A stretch of DNA of 52,683 nt from contig JAYGDX010000033.1 in NCBI GenBank assembly GCA_046582655.1, positions 1-52,683 of the forward strand, in the 5' to 3' direction. Under the pieces are notes generated by a model. The model was given only the letters and a program-made list of their open reading frames with translations. It ran no database searches and was not told where the DNA came from. Positions within the stretch are counted from its first letter, which is position 1. Every line of letters starts with the position of its first letter. Below, in pieces: positions 20,140 to 30,979 of this stretch. Position numbers and translations under genes: made by a program. The stretch comes from Candidatus Poribacteria bacterium (GTDB lineage: Bacteria > Poribacteria > WGA-4E > UBA9662).

Positions 20140-21498
20140 ATGAATAAACCGAATTTTATTGTGTTTTTGACTGATGACCAGGGATATGGAGATTTATCCT
20201 GTATGGGAGCGACCGACTTCAAAACCCCGCATCTCGATCGCATGGCTGATAGCGGTGTTCGATTCACCAACTGGTATTCAAATTCTCCAGTATGTTCGCC
20301 TTCACGGGCTGCGCTGCTGACAGGACGCTATCCGGGCAATGCTGGCGTACGCTCAATTTTGGCAGGGCATCGAACCGCTACGGGCTTGCCGACTGAAGTA
20401 CCAACTCTGGCTGATGCGCTTAAAGAACTTGGCTACTATACTGCCATGTCCGGCAAATGGCATCTGGGATTGGCAGAGGGCTCTCGTCCTCACGATCATG
20501 GTTTTGATGATTGGTTCGGATTTATGGCTGGTTGTATTGATTACTATTCACACATTTTCTATTGGCAGATGAACCGAGATGGTCGTGCGCAATTCCATGA
20601 TTTGTGGGAAAACGGGGTCGAGTTTCATCGTGATGGGGAGTATTTTACGGAATTGATCACCGAGTATGCGGTGAAATATATCCGTCGGTCTATACAATTG
20701 GGAAAACCTTTCTTTCTTTACATTCCTTATAACGCGCCTCACTACCCAATGCATGCTCCAGAGAAATATGTAAACCGGTTTCCTGATTTATCTTGGGATC
20801 GACAAATCATGGCCGCCATGATTTCTGCCATAGATGACAGCGTAGGTGAAATCCTTAGCGAGCTGGAGCGGCAAGGCCTTTTGGAGAATACTTTTACCTA
20901 TTTCCAGAGTGATAATGGCCCATCGCGAGAAGCGCGCAACTGGATGGACGGCAACCGCGACCCGTATTATGGAGGTTCGGCTGGTAAACTCAAAGGTCAC
21001 AAAGGTAGCCTTTACGAGGGAGGTATTCGTTCACCCGGTATCATGAGTTGGCCGGACAACATTCCGGATGGACAAGTGATTAGCCAGCATGGTATTGCGA
21101 TGGACGTTTTCCCAACTTTTGTAACAGCAGCTGGGGAGGATCCGTTGCAGTTCGGCCTGGATGGCAAAGATGTTACGGGTATGATTACTAAAGGCTCAGA
21201 TTCTCCACACGACGAAATCTTCTGGGAAATGAACAAGCAGACTGCTGTCCGGAAAGGGAATTGGAAGCTGGTAATGAACGGGCAACTGGTAGAGGGAGCC
21301 CCAGCGGAGGACGACGTTCACTTGGCAGATCTGGAGTTAGACATGGGTGAAAGGCGAAATCTCAAGGATGAATATCCCGAGGTGACGGCAGATCTTATCA
21401 GCTCAGCCGAAGCTTGGCGACAAGGTATCGAGGATCGATGGTCAAATGAGTGGATGCCCAAGGCAAATGGTACCACCGGCCATACAAAAAATTCATAA
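20140..21498 (+). CDS. Sulfatase (formylglycine-dependent S1 family), no signal peptide
   Basis: PNFIVFLTDDQG, CSPSRAALLTGR, GKWHLG, SDNG, KGSLYEGGIR. Confidence 0.96.
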   Translation: MNKPNFIVFLTDDQGYGDLSCMGATDFKTPHLDRMADSGVRFTNWYSNSPVCSPSRAALLTGRYPGNAGVRSILAGHRTATGLPTEVPTLADALKELGYYTAMSGKWHLGLAEGSRPHDHGFDDWFGFMAGCIDYYSHIFYWQMNRDGRAQFHDLWENGVEFHRDGEYFTELITEYAVKYIRRSIQLGKPFFLYIPYNAPHYPMHAPEKYVNRFPDLSWDRQIMAAMISAIDDSVGEILSELERQGLLENTFTYFQSDNGPSREARNWMDGNRDPYYGGSAGKLKGHKGSLYEGGIRSPGIMSWPDNIPDGQVISQHGIAMDVFPTFVTAAGEDPLQFGLDGKDVTGMITKGSDSPHDEIFWEMNKQTAVRKGNWKLVMNGQLVEGAPAEDDVHLADLELDMGERRNLKDEYPEVTADLISSAEAWRQGIEDRWSNEWMPKANGTTGHTKNS

Positions 21499-21593
21499 CT
21501 ATGCTGTTACTTTTCCCGTTTTGCATACTCATTATAGGACGCTGCACCCTTATTTACATTTTACTGGGTTTAAACAGATAGGGAGGTAATTGG

Positions 21594-22169
21594 ATGAAAA
21601 AACTAGTTTTGGTTGGTGATTCAATTCGGATGGGATATCAGGCGTATGTCAGAAATGAACTGTCTGGACTGTCAGACGTTTGGGCTCCAGAACAAAACGG
21701 CGGTAATAGTACTAACATTCAGCAACACCTTGATAAGTGGATAATTTCTCAGGCGGCGGATGTGATTCATATCAACTGTGGACTCCATGATTTAAAAAGG
21801 GATTTTGACGCTGAAGAAACTGCTATCCCATTGGTTCAATATCAAGCAAATTTACGAGACTTTCTTGGACGCATTTTGCAGGAAACGCAAAGTACTGTCG
21901 TTTGGGCGACAACGACTCCAGTAAATGAAATATGGCACCATCAACGGAAAGGTTTTGATCGGCTGGAGGCTGATGTTGTTGCTTATAATAATGTCTCGGT
22001 TGAAGTCACTCAGGATTTTGGTGTTTCAATTAATGACCTGTTTCAAGTGATTATTGATGCTGGACGGGATAATTATCTGTCTCCGGATGGGGTACATTTT
22101 ACTGCTGATGGTTGGGATCTACTAGGGAAATCAGTTGTTGGTTGTGTTAAACCGTTACTTTCTGAGTAG
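21594..22169 (+). CDS. SGNH/GDSL hydrolase
   Basis: GDSI, NCGLHD, DGVH motifs; GGGAGG RBS. Confidence 0.92.
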   Translation: MKKLVLVGDSIRMGYQAYVRNELSGLSDVWAPEQNGGNSTNIQQHLDKWIISQAADVIHINCGLHDLKRDFDAEETAIPLVQYQANLRDFLGRILQETQSTVVWATTTPVNEIWHHQRKGFDRLEADVVAYNNVSVEVTQDFGVSINDLFQVIIDAGRDNYLSPDGVHFTADGWDLLGKSVVGCVKPLLSE

Positions 22170-22223
22170 GCTAAAGGATTGAATCGTTGGTTATTTAGGT
22201 ATTGTTAGTGTGGTAAATAATGT

Positions 22224-22838
22224 ATGAATTTCTTGGCACATATATTTCTTTCAGGGAATGATGAGGAAGTTGTGATTGACCATTTCATTGCCGATGCAGT
22301 TAAAGGAAGAGACTACTTAGGTTATTCCGATGGTATTGTCAAAGGAATTCTGCTCCATCGGCGTATTGATGCTTCTACCGATAGCCATGTCGTAGTCGGA
22401 CAGAGTAAGCAACGGTTAAGACCTAAATACAGAAAGTATGCTGGGGTAATCGTAGATATGTATTATGATCACTTTTTATCAAAGTATTGGGATAATTATT
22501 CAGAGATCTCTTTGTCCCAATTTGTGGATCACGCTTATGGATTGTTCCAAAGTTGGGTTGACTGTTTGCCATCTAGGATACAATTGATGCTTCCTCATAT
22601 GATAGAATCTGATTGGTTGACAAGCTACGCTCATTTAGAAGGTCTTATGCGAGCGCTCAGTGGCCTTTCGCGAAGAACCAAATACGAATCTGGTATGGAA
22701 TATGCCATCAGCGATTTGAAACAGGATTACCATGAATACAAGTGTGAATTTGAGTTATTCTTTCCGGAACTGATAGATTCTTCTCGGCTACAGCAAAAAG
22801 AATTAGATCAGAAGATGAGCGAAAGCACTTTACTTTAG
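22224..22838 (+). CDS. acpH: Acyl carrier protein phosphodiesterase family protein
   Basis: MNFLAH, ADAVKG, LHRRID, DMYYDHFL, FELFFPEL; the usual GN before FIAD reads DH. Confidence 0.85.
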   Translation: MNFLAHIFLSGNDEEVVIDHFIADAVKGRDYLGYSDGIVKGILLHRRIDASTDSHVVVGQSKQRLRPKYRKYAGVIVDMYYDHFLSKYWDNYSEISLSQFVDHAYGLFQSWVDCLPSRIQLMLPHMIESDWLTSYAHLEGLMRALSGLSRRTKYESGMEYAISDLKQDYHEYKCEFELFFPELIDSSRLQQKELDQKMSESTLL

Positions 22839-22947
22839 CTGAGACTGACTATCCCATCATTTCCTCGACACCAATTGTTCTTTATTGGCCCTACATTCTT
22901 TATTTTATCCTAATATTTTAAATGTTTCAGTTTGATGAAGGAGGATT

Positions 22948-25870
22948 ATGATGCAGGCAATTTGCTATGCTATGTGTTTTGTTTATTTATACACTGATGT
23001 TAATCAGAATTATGAAATTGTGGGTCAGTCGGAACCCGAGGGGCACGTCTACCAACGATGGGATGGCCCGGGAATGGGTTCTATGATTATTTCAACGGTT
23101 GCTGGGGCCAGAACATCTCCGTGATTCAAAGTCCGGATGCCAGCCCCATTCAGGAAACCGCCCTTCGGGAATTTTCACGCTTGACGGCGTTAATAATGGG
23201 AAGGGCCCCTTTACAAGTTAAGGAGAATTTATTAGACCATATTCGTGAACGGGTAACGGACATCGTCTTGATAGGCCCTTCAGCATTAAGTAACCAGATT
23301 ATGCAAGCTAACAACATCAGTCTCGATCCAGTTACAGGTTCCGATGGATATCTTATTCGTTCTGTTGAGCTAGATGGAAAGAATTATCTCCTAATTCTGT
23401 TTGAACGTGCTGTTGTTGCCTTATATGGTGTTTATGAATATTTTGAGAGATTCTGCGACGTTGGTTATTTCCCGGAGGGAGATCATATAATACACAAGGA
23501 ACGCTTGCCACTAACAAAACTGGATGTAGTCGATCGACCGCGGTTTGCCTACAGAGTACAACACTTGGAAAGCCGTGCAGTCAATCTGGTTCAAAGTTCG
23601 TATTATTGGACTCTAGACCAATAACGGCATGCCATTGATTGGATGGTGAAAAACAAATTCAACATGGAACTGCCGATGAACGAGCGAGGATTTGTCACCA
23701 ATCCTTCAAATGAGGCTAACGATGGTGCTTTTCGTTATGTAACTTTAGAGCGATATGCCATGGAGCGCGGTTTTCGTTACCTCCTTTATCATCCTTTTGA
23801 TGTCTATCCGGATGGTGAGCATTCTGATATGCTTCTGCCACAAGAATTCAATCGCCAGAAAGATCGAGAGGAATATGGTTTCCATGATGTTGTAGACTAC
23901 TATTACAGCAGTGGGGAAGGTGGCGTCATGGAGGAACGCATCAAAAACGCGCTGGTCGTCCACGCCAAAGATCCGGAAGCGAAAGTCTTTCAGGATATGT
24001 GGGATTTGACGGGATTGTCTCCAACTGACTTTGCCGATAAACTTCCTGACTATGTAAGCGCCGGTGAATTGATGGTTTTTCGTGAGCCGGCTCATATTGA
24101 AGCGGATTACTATGGTGGCAAGGAGTGGTTTATGGTCTGGATTCCATCGCTGTTTTGGGGTGAAACTTTGGGTGGTGATTTAAAACGGATCGTAAGAATT
24201 GTGCGGGAAGTTACAGAAGACCCTAAAGCAGGAAAATGTAATGGATTGTGGCCTATGACTGAAGGTCAGTACTATTGGAACCATCGACTCTATGGGTTTG
24301 TTAGTGCACGTCTGGCATGGAACGCTGCTGATTGGACCTTAGACCGTCTGGTTAAACGTTATGTAGAACTGCGTTACGACCATCCATTCCGCTTACCGAT
24401 GAATCGGGCTATGAAACGACTTGTGGAATGGATGGTTAACCATAACCCTGCGCGCTCAATGCATATGCAAGCACCAAGAATGTATAGTGCTGTGGGTGGA
24501 TGGGCTTATTCGGAAAACTTGGCAGATTATGCAGATAACCCTGATCTTCGCCGTGTGTTGGAAAGTTGCTTGACTTTGGCTGATCAGTTGGAGAATGATC
24601 CCTTTTTCGAGAGCGATCTTACTGAAATTGCACGCACATATTACACACAGATATGGGCATCTAACTTCTTGGAACTTCGCCGAGCTGGACGTGACGCAGC
24701 TGAAGCTGTTCGTGGCAACAGATCTTACGTCACTTACGGCTTGGAGAATATGCTGTTCGACGTTGATTTTGATCAGGAACAGAACGAATCATCGAAATTT
24801 CAACTTAAAGGACCAGGCGTGTTGAGAACAACGTATTAACAAGAAACAGTGGTTCCAGCCATCAACTTAAAAAGGAAGAAATTGCTGATGGAATCACGCG
24901 TTTGGAGCCGAAAGTTCACCATCCTCAACTGATCGTGGCTGATCCCGGTAATAATAATTATGCGTTACTTATACAATTTCAACCTAAGCAAGAACAGGGA
25001 ACAATTGTCTTCTTCGTAAGAGGAAACAGCCCTCAAGAAGCAATCACAGTTGAATTTAATTATGGTGATGGACAGGTAACTGTCCACGGAAATGGATTTG
25101 GCGACCGTCCCCAGGAATTAAAGCAACAAAGCTTTGGCGTATGCACTTTATCGGATACATCATGGCATCAAGCAGTAATTCGGGCGACTGGTAGCTTGGT
25201 TAAGCTTTATATAGATGATGAATTGATCGTTAATTTTGACCACCAAAAATTGAGAGGATACATACCTATTCAACTTCAGAGTCAAAAGTGGGGCCAAGGT
25301 GGATTCGGAATTGAAGTTCACGGTTCTGGAATTGTTATTAGACAGTTAAAGGCATGGACAATAGATTCAGAGGTTTCATTGCCAGCCGTTACCATAGAGG
25401 ATGAGGAGAAGTTCGAAGAAGCCAACCGTAGAGCCAAAAAATGTACTCTTCTTTGTGATACTATCTTTGAAGCTAGCAACAATTTGTTGTCAATGCGACC
25501 CGAGTTCTCTGTAGAGAAATTCATTCGACCTGAATACCAAGCCACTGACCCAGAAGGTTGGCTAAGTTTTTCAACCAGTGTTCGTTCCAACGGCTTTCTC
25601 AGAGCCTATAATCGAACCGAGAGTTTTGAAGTAAATGAACGTGTTTATCGGCGAGAAGCACAGGTCTTTTCCGGCCATGTATTGGAGCAAATTAAATCAA
25701 GATCAATGGAACAGGTTGCCATTGGTGATCCCGAATTTTGTCAGGGCATCCATCAAATTTGGCGGGAATGGATTATAGATCCTGTTCCGTCTCGTTCGAA
25801 GTTCGGAGGTTCGACCACAAAAGCCATTTTACAAGGACTTGCTTCTATAGACAGCTTAGATCAAAATTAA
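22948..25870 (+). pseudogene. Large glycoside hydrolase-like gene (GH89 alpha-N-acetylglucosaminidase-like with an inserted beta-sandwich domain), disrupted three times
   Basis: GGAGG RBS and ATG at 22948; frameshift near 23105; in-frame TAA 23622-23624 inside YWTLDQ*RHAIDWMVKNKFN; frameshift near 24815; DGYLIRS...LYGVYEYFERFC N-terminal domain. Confidence 0.7.
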
Positions 25871-25881
25871 TTAGTGCAACC

Positions 25882-26613
25882 TCAATTCTTGTGCTTATAT
25901 GGAATTCCTTCTAGCAAACCCGCATCGTGCATCTGGTCCCAATTGTCCAGAAAAAGAGTATTCCATTCGTCCGTCAGAGAAGAGGTCATCATATCCTGAA
26001 AAACTGACCAGAAAACAATTATTCCGTCTGCACCGTCTCTTAGAGCTCGGTAAGCGGTATCCACTGACCGTATCAATGCTGCGGTAATATATGGACGATT
26101 CTCCCAGGTTTTAAATGTGGTATAGCATTCTCGAACCAATTTCGTCGGATCGCCATTGACTGCTAGAAAAGGATCGCAAAATGGAAGTACATGGGTGGCG
26201 CCGGCTTGTGCTACTGCGGTTGCTTGAGGCAGAGTAAACACTGTGGTGCAAAAGGTTTCGACCCCTCTTACTTTAAGTTCCGCAAAAGCATCCAAAGCAT
26301 ATGTTGTCATTGGTATTTTCAGGATTATCCTACTGGAAAGCTTGGTGAAGATCTCGCCAACATCAAGAAGTTCTTGGGTTGAGTGCCCATCGATTTCGAC
26401 TGCTACTTTTTTATCTGTTATGTCAAGGTAGCGCTTGATTACTTCAGTGAGTTGACCATATTTTGTTACCATTTCGTTTAGTACAACGGTGTTGGTTACA
26501 ATTCCAGCTATTCCTGATAACATCCACTGTTTTAGATCTTCCGGATCCCCGGCCAACCAAATGGCAGGCCCACTTGACACTTGATGATGTTGATTAACTG
26601 AAAGTATTGACAT
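25882..26613 (-). CDS. Transaldolase / fructose-6-phosphate aldolase family protein (divergent)
   Basis: GIVTNT, AVEI, LKIPMT (Schiff-base Lys), TVFTLPQA..VAQAGA, IRS; GGAG RBS before ATG 26613. Confidence 0.85.
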   Translation of the reverse strand: MSILSVNQHHQVSSGPAIWLAGDPEDLKQWMLSGIAGIVTNTVVLNEMVTKYGQLTEVIKRYLDITDKKVAVEIDGHSTQELLDVGEIFTKLSSRIILKIPMTTYALDAFAELKVRGVETFCTTVFTLPQATAVAQAGATHVLPFCDPFLAVNGDPTKLVRECYTTFKTWENRPYITAALIRSVDTAYRALRDGADGIIVFWSVFQDMMTSSLTDEWNTLFLDNWDQMHDAGLLEGIPYKHKN

Positions 26614-26929
26614 GATAAACTCCAAATTGATTTATGGATAAAAAATTCACAAACGTTTGAATAATCTGCTATTCTTTTGTTCTTAATCTGCAGGTTATTG
26701 TATCAGTTTTTGCAGTTTTATCAATAGTCTGCCGTCGTTTTAGAGTTGAATTTCACATATTGAGTTTGCTAAGATGTGTTGAGGTGGAACGTTCAGCAAT
26801 GCCTGAATTGTATGGATCGGCTAACAAGAATTTTGAGACCTGAAATTAGCTGATGATTTCAATATCTTCAAATACGCATTTGAGCCACTGTTTTTTTAAT
26901 CAATTTGAATATTTAAAAGGAAATGAAAG

Positions 26930-28060
26930 ATGGCTTTAAAAGTTGGGATTGTTGGCCTGAGTGGCATTGGCAACAATCACGCAAATTGTTATGCACAAGA
27001 TGATCTGGCGGAATTAGTTGCTGTTTGTGATCTAATGAAAGAAAAGGCGGATGATACTGCCGAAAAGTTTGGCGCAAAAGCTTATTATAACCTTCAAGAT
27101 ATGATAGATGGAGAACCAGACCTAGATATAGTCGATGTCAGTACTGGTGGAAACGAAAACGGCAGTTGGCATTATGAACCAACTATGCAAGCTTTGGATT
27201 CTGGCAAACATGTTCTAGTGGAAAAGCCGATTTCTAACGACATCAACGAAGCTCGACAAATGGTGGCTAAGGCGGACGAACAAGGTGTTTATTTGGCCTG
27301 TAACCTGAACCACTATTTCACCCCGCCCGCCGAACGAGCCATGCAGTATATGTACGAGGGGCACGTGGGAGAGGTCGTCTACTGCCTACACAAAATGGGG
27401 TTTGCTGGTGGTGAACAGACGTATGGGCCGCAAAATTCCCCGCGTGTCAAAGGGTTTCCCTACTTTCACGCCAAGGCATTTTTAGCCCACCCGTTTAGCG
27501 TGATGCGTCATTTTTGTGGCGACATTACGCATGTGCAGGCCTTCATGAGTCAGCCCAGTTTCCGCAAAAAAGCGGGTGATGTAATGGTGTCGATCAATAG
27601 CATCCACGTTAAATTCCAAAACGGTGCCATTGGTTATCTGTTGAGTCAACGGGGTGATACTACCTTCGGTTTGGGGGGCTGGTGGAGTGTGGAAGTTGGT
27701 GGAACACGCGGCACCTTCTGTATTGAAAACTGTATCGAAAAGGTGACTTTCTGGCCAGCTCCAGGAACAGAAGGTGCGGCGGCACCAGAAAAACTAGGTG
27801 TTGGTGCGTCTCCGGGCCCAGTAGTACACGAATCGGGTCAATCCGATTTTGGAGCCACTTTCCCCTTGCGGATTCACGCCTTCTTGGAGGATGCCACTAA
27901 CCAAGTGCCACTCAACCAAATTCGGGCTTCTGGTCGAGACGCACTGGCTACGCTAGAATACACCTGGGCGGCGATAGAATCGTATGAGCAAGGCGGGATT
28001 TTGGTTCGTCCCCACCCATTGCCGACCCTCAAAGGAAACCCCGTTACTCAAAATGCGTAG
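26930..28060 (+). CDS. Gfo/Idh/MocA family oxidoreductase
   Basis: KVGIVGLSGIG, VAVCD, GKHVLVEKP. Confidence 0.92.
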   Translation: MALKVGIVGLSGIGNNHANCYAQDDLAELVAVCDLMKEKADDTAEKFGAKAYYNLQDMIDGEPDLDIVDVSTGGNENGSWHYEPTMQALDSGKHVLVEKPISNDINEARQMVAKADEQGVYLACNLNHYFTPPAERAMQYMYEGHVGEVVYCLHKMGFAGGEQTYGPQNSPRVKGFPYFHAKAFLAHPFSVMRHFCGDITHVQAFMSQPSFRKKAGDVMVSINSIHVKFQNGAIGYLLSQRGDTTFGLGGWWSVEVGGTRGTFCIENCIEKVTFWPAPGTEGAAAPEKLGVGASPGPVVHESGQSDFGATFPLRIHAFLEDATNQVPLNQIRASGRDALATLEYTWAAIESYEQGGILVRPHPLPTLKGNPVTQNA

Positions 28061-28110
28061 TGTTCAGGTAACTCCCTTAAAAGTAACGGGCCGTTACTCA
28101 GAATGCATAG
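28041..28110 (+). repeat. 20-bp imperfect direct repeat of the oxidoreductase 3' end with an overlapping palindrome
   Basis: CCGTTACTCAAAATGCGTAG (28041-28060) versus CCGTTACTCAGAATGCATAG (28091-28110); AGTAACGG-G-CCGTTACT at 28082-28098. Confidence 0.8.
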
Positions 28111-28178
28111 AATATAAGAGACGCCGTTTTGGGACAATTCGGTAATCATTAACATTTAAAATTATAAGGAGTTATTTA

Positions 28179-29033
28179 GTGAAACTCGGTGCAAATTCAG
28201 TTTTGTTTGGCGGTTACGATATGGAAACCGCCTTCAAGCACATCGCTATGGCGGGCTACGACGGTATCGAACTGTCGGCTATCGACGGCATGAGCCAACA
28301 CTTGGTCCTCGACCGTTGGCAAGAATTGACCGACGAAATCAAGCAGTTGGCAAAAACCTATGAGCTTGATCTGTTGGCTATGGAACAACCGTCAAGAGAT
28401 GTAGAAAAGATGGAGAAAGCCTTTCAAGCGGCGGTCGAAATCGGTATTCCGATTGTCAATTGTGGTCCCGGCGGTAAGAGCGACGACGAAGACGCTTGGC
28501 CGGAAGTGATTGATTCACTGGGCAATTTGTCTGCCATGGCGGAGCGGTACGGCGTTACGTTATGTGTCAAAGCGCACGTTGGAGCCAGCATCTACAATAC
28601 GCCAACCACGATCCGAGCGATGGGGGCCATCTCTTCGCCCGCCTTTGGTATTGACATGGATCCGTCACATATTCATCGGGCTGGCGAAAATCCAGTCGAA
28701 GCCATCGCCGCTGTTGCCTCGCGGGTTAAGCACGTGCATATCCGTGACTGTAAAGGCAATTTCCAGAACCAAGCGTCGGCCGCCGATGGCCGACAGTTCG
28801 ATACCGTCGTAACTGGCCACCGGGCACCGGGAAAACCCGAAATGCAGGCTAATGGCCGAGGCGACATCGATTTGGTCGGTTACATCGCCGTTTTGCATCA
28901 GAACGATTACACAGGCCCGCTGAACTTAGAGGTCATTGGCGCCAAAGAGTATTCACTGGAGCAGTGTTGTACCATTGCTGCTGAGTCGCGAGGACACATG
29001 CAAGCTTGCATGCAAACTTGTGGCGCCAGATAG
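28179..29033 (+). CDS. Sugar phosphate isomerase/epimerase (xylose isomerase-like TIM barrel)
   Basis: AGYDGIEL, DMDPSH, HVHIRD, GRGDID, YTGPLNLE; AGGAG RBS. Confidence 0.9.
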   Translation: MKLGANSVLFGGYDMETAFKHIAMAGYDGIELSAIDGMSQHLVLDRWQELTDEIKQLAKTYELDLLAMEQPSRDVEKMEKAFQAAVEIGIPIVNCGPGGKSDDEDAWPEVIDSLGNLSAMAERYGVTLCVKAHVGASIYNTPTTIRAMGAISSPAFGIDMDPSHIHRAGENPVEAIAAVASRVKHVHIRDCKGNFQNQASAADGRQFDTVVTGHRAPGKPEMQANGRGDIDLVGYIAVLHQNDYTGPLNLEVIGAKEYSLEQCCTIAAESRGHMQACMQTCGAR

Positions 29034-29042
29034 GCTGAGGTA

Positions 29043-29822
29043 GTGTCCAGCATAGATGCGAACCTACCAGATTCGATGAAAGCCATTATTATCGGCGCCG
29101 GCCGTGGTCGAAGGTTGATGCCACTGACAGAGGATACGCCAAAATGCTTTGCGAAAATTGGAGAGAGACGCATACTCGATCTGATTATCGAGGCCTGGCA
29201 TACTATGAATGTTACGGATCTTGTGTTTATCGGCGGATATCAAATCGAAAAGATACAAAAAGAGTATCCGAATCTACGATTTTATTACAACCACAACTGG
29301 CAAAACAATAACATCCTAGCTTCGCTCTTCTGTGCGGAAGCCGAGATGAATTCTCCATTTGCCTGCACCTATGCTGATATCATTTACCGTCCATGGGTAG
29401 TGGAGCAACTACTGCAAACCAACCACGATATCAGTTTAGTTATTGATGCTGATTGGAGAAAACGGTACACGGCACGTACTATGCATCCCGAAGATGATGC
29501 TGAAAAGGTTTTAACAAAAGGGAACTCCATCACTAGAATAAGCCGCGCAATCTCGCCTGAAGAGGCTGATGGAGAATACATAGGAGTGGCAATGTTTAAT
29601 CAAGAAGGGGCAAAAATCCTGCGTCAACATTATCACCGTGCGGTGGATAAATATGGCAATATGCCCTTTCATGGTGCCGTTTCATTACAAAAGGCGCATT
29701 TAATTCAACTTTTTCAGGAGATGATCCAAGAAGGTATAAAAATCTGCAAAGTTGAGGTTGCCGGTGGTTACCATGAGATTGACACCACACAAGATTACGA
29801 AATTGCAAACAAAGTCTGGTAA
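29043..29822 (+). CDS. Phosphocholine cytidylyltransferase family (LicC-like) nucleotidyltransferase
   Basis: MKAIIIGAGRGRRL, PKC, YADI, AEKV, GEYIG, EIDT..DY; start may be ATG 29076. Confidence 0.85.
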   Translation: MSSIDANLPDSMKAIIIGAGRGRRLMPLTEDTPKCFAKIGERRILDLIIEAWHTMNVTDLVFIGGYQIEKIQKEYPNLRFYYNHNWQNNNILASLFCAEAEMNSPFACTYADIIYRPWVVEQLLQTNHDISLVIDADWRKRYTARTMHPEDDAEKVLTKGNSITRISRAISPEEADGEYIGVAMFNQEGAKILRQHYHRAVDKYGNMPFHGAVSLQKAHLIQLFQEMIQEGIKICKVEVAGGYHEIDTTQDYEIANKVW

Positions 29823-29828
29823 AAGGAA

Positions 29829-30917
29829 ATGACAGGTTCCAACCCATTAACCAAGAAAAAAGCGCTACCATTATTCCCTACTAGCATTGTTGGCAGTATG
29901 CCGAGACCCGATTTTGTACAGGACCTTTTTTTGTTAGAAAACAGAGAAAGCCGAAATGATTTGGATAAGCGTGATAATCTTGATGCTGCCGTCCGCTACA
30001 TCATTGCACTTCAGGAAGCTAGTGGAATTGATATTATTTCAGATGGTGAATGGCGCCGCCGGTCTTATATTGGTGTCATAGCAGACATAGCTAATGGTTT
30101 TGAACTAACTATCCATAACGGTAGGCATTGGACAACAGTGGTGGATAAACTTGAGGTCAAGCAACAGGGGGTAATTGCCGAAGAAGCTAAATTTTTGGCT
30201 CAGAACACAAATTGTGACACAAAAGTTTGTCTTCCTTCGCCATATCTTTTGGGACAACGCATGTGGGACCAAGAGAAGTCAAAAGATGCTTATCCCACCC
30301 GTGAATCCTTTATGTACGATCTTGTGCCGATACTGCGCAATGAATTGCGTTTATTGAAGGATGCGGGCGCAACTATTGCACAGTTTGATGACCCGCATCT
30401 ATGTTTGTTTGTCGATGAGAATATTCGGGCCACGTATAAGGACCCAGAAGGTGAAATGGAATTGTGCGTTGAATTGCTCAACCAAATTGTCGCTGACGTT
30501 GAAGGTATTCAGATTGCAATTCACCTGTGCCGAAGAAATAAAGGTAGAGACGGATGGGTAGGAGAGGGAGGTTATGAACCGTTACTTCCTTATTTGGCAC
30601 GCCTTGATGTGGATCAATATGTAATGGAATTTACCATTCCTGTTGCGGGTGATGTCTCAATTTTGAAAGCCATCCCTGAAGATAAAATGGTCGGACTCGG
30701 TTGTGTCGACTGCCGTAGCGAACATATCGATACACCAGACGAAATAGTCGCCCGAGTTGAAAACGCACTTCGTTATCTAGAACCGCAGCAAATTGTATTG
30801 AATCCAGATTGCGGTTTTGCTCCAGGAAATGCCGCAGAGATACCTCTGGATGAGGCCTATCAAAAGCTCAAAAGTGAAGTCAGGGCGGCCGAGATATTAC
30901 GTGATAAGTATGCGTAA
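29829..30917 (+). CDS. Cobalamin-independent methionine synthase II family protein (single catalytic domain)
   Basis: VGSMPRP, SDGEWRR, QFDDP, zinc ligands HLC...E...PDCGF. Confidence 0.88.
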   Translation: MTGSNPLTKKKALPLFPTSIVGSMPRPDFVQDLFLLENRESRNDLDKRDNLDAAVRYIIALQEASGIDIISDGEWRRRSYIGVIADIANGFELTIHNGRHWTTVVDKLEVKQQGVIAEEAKFLAQNTNCDTKVCLPSPYLLGQRMWDQEKSKDAYPTRESFMYDLVPILRNELRLLKDAGATIAQFDDPHLCLFVDENIRATYKDPEGEMELCVELLNQIVADVEGIQIAIHLCRRNKGRDGWVGEGGYEPLLPYLARLDVDQYVMEFTIPVAGDVSILKAIPEDKMVGLGCVDCRSEHIDTPDEIVARVENALRYLEPQQIVLNPDCGFAPGNAAEIPLDEAYQKLKSEVRAAEILRDKYA

Positions 30918-30979
30918 AATCCCTCTCGAATTCAATATCATGCGGTGAATTGGGAAAGCTAGACTTATAGAAATCAGAT

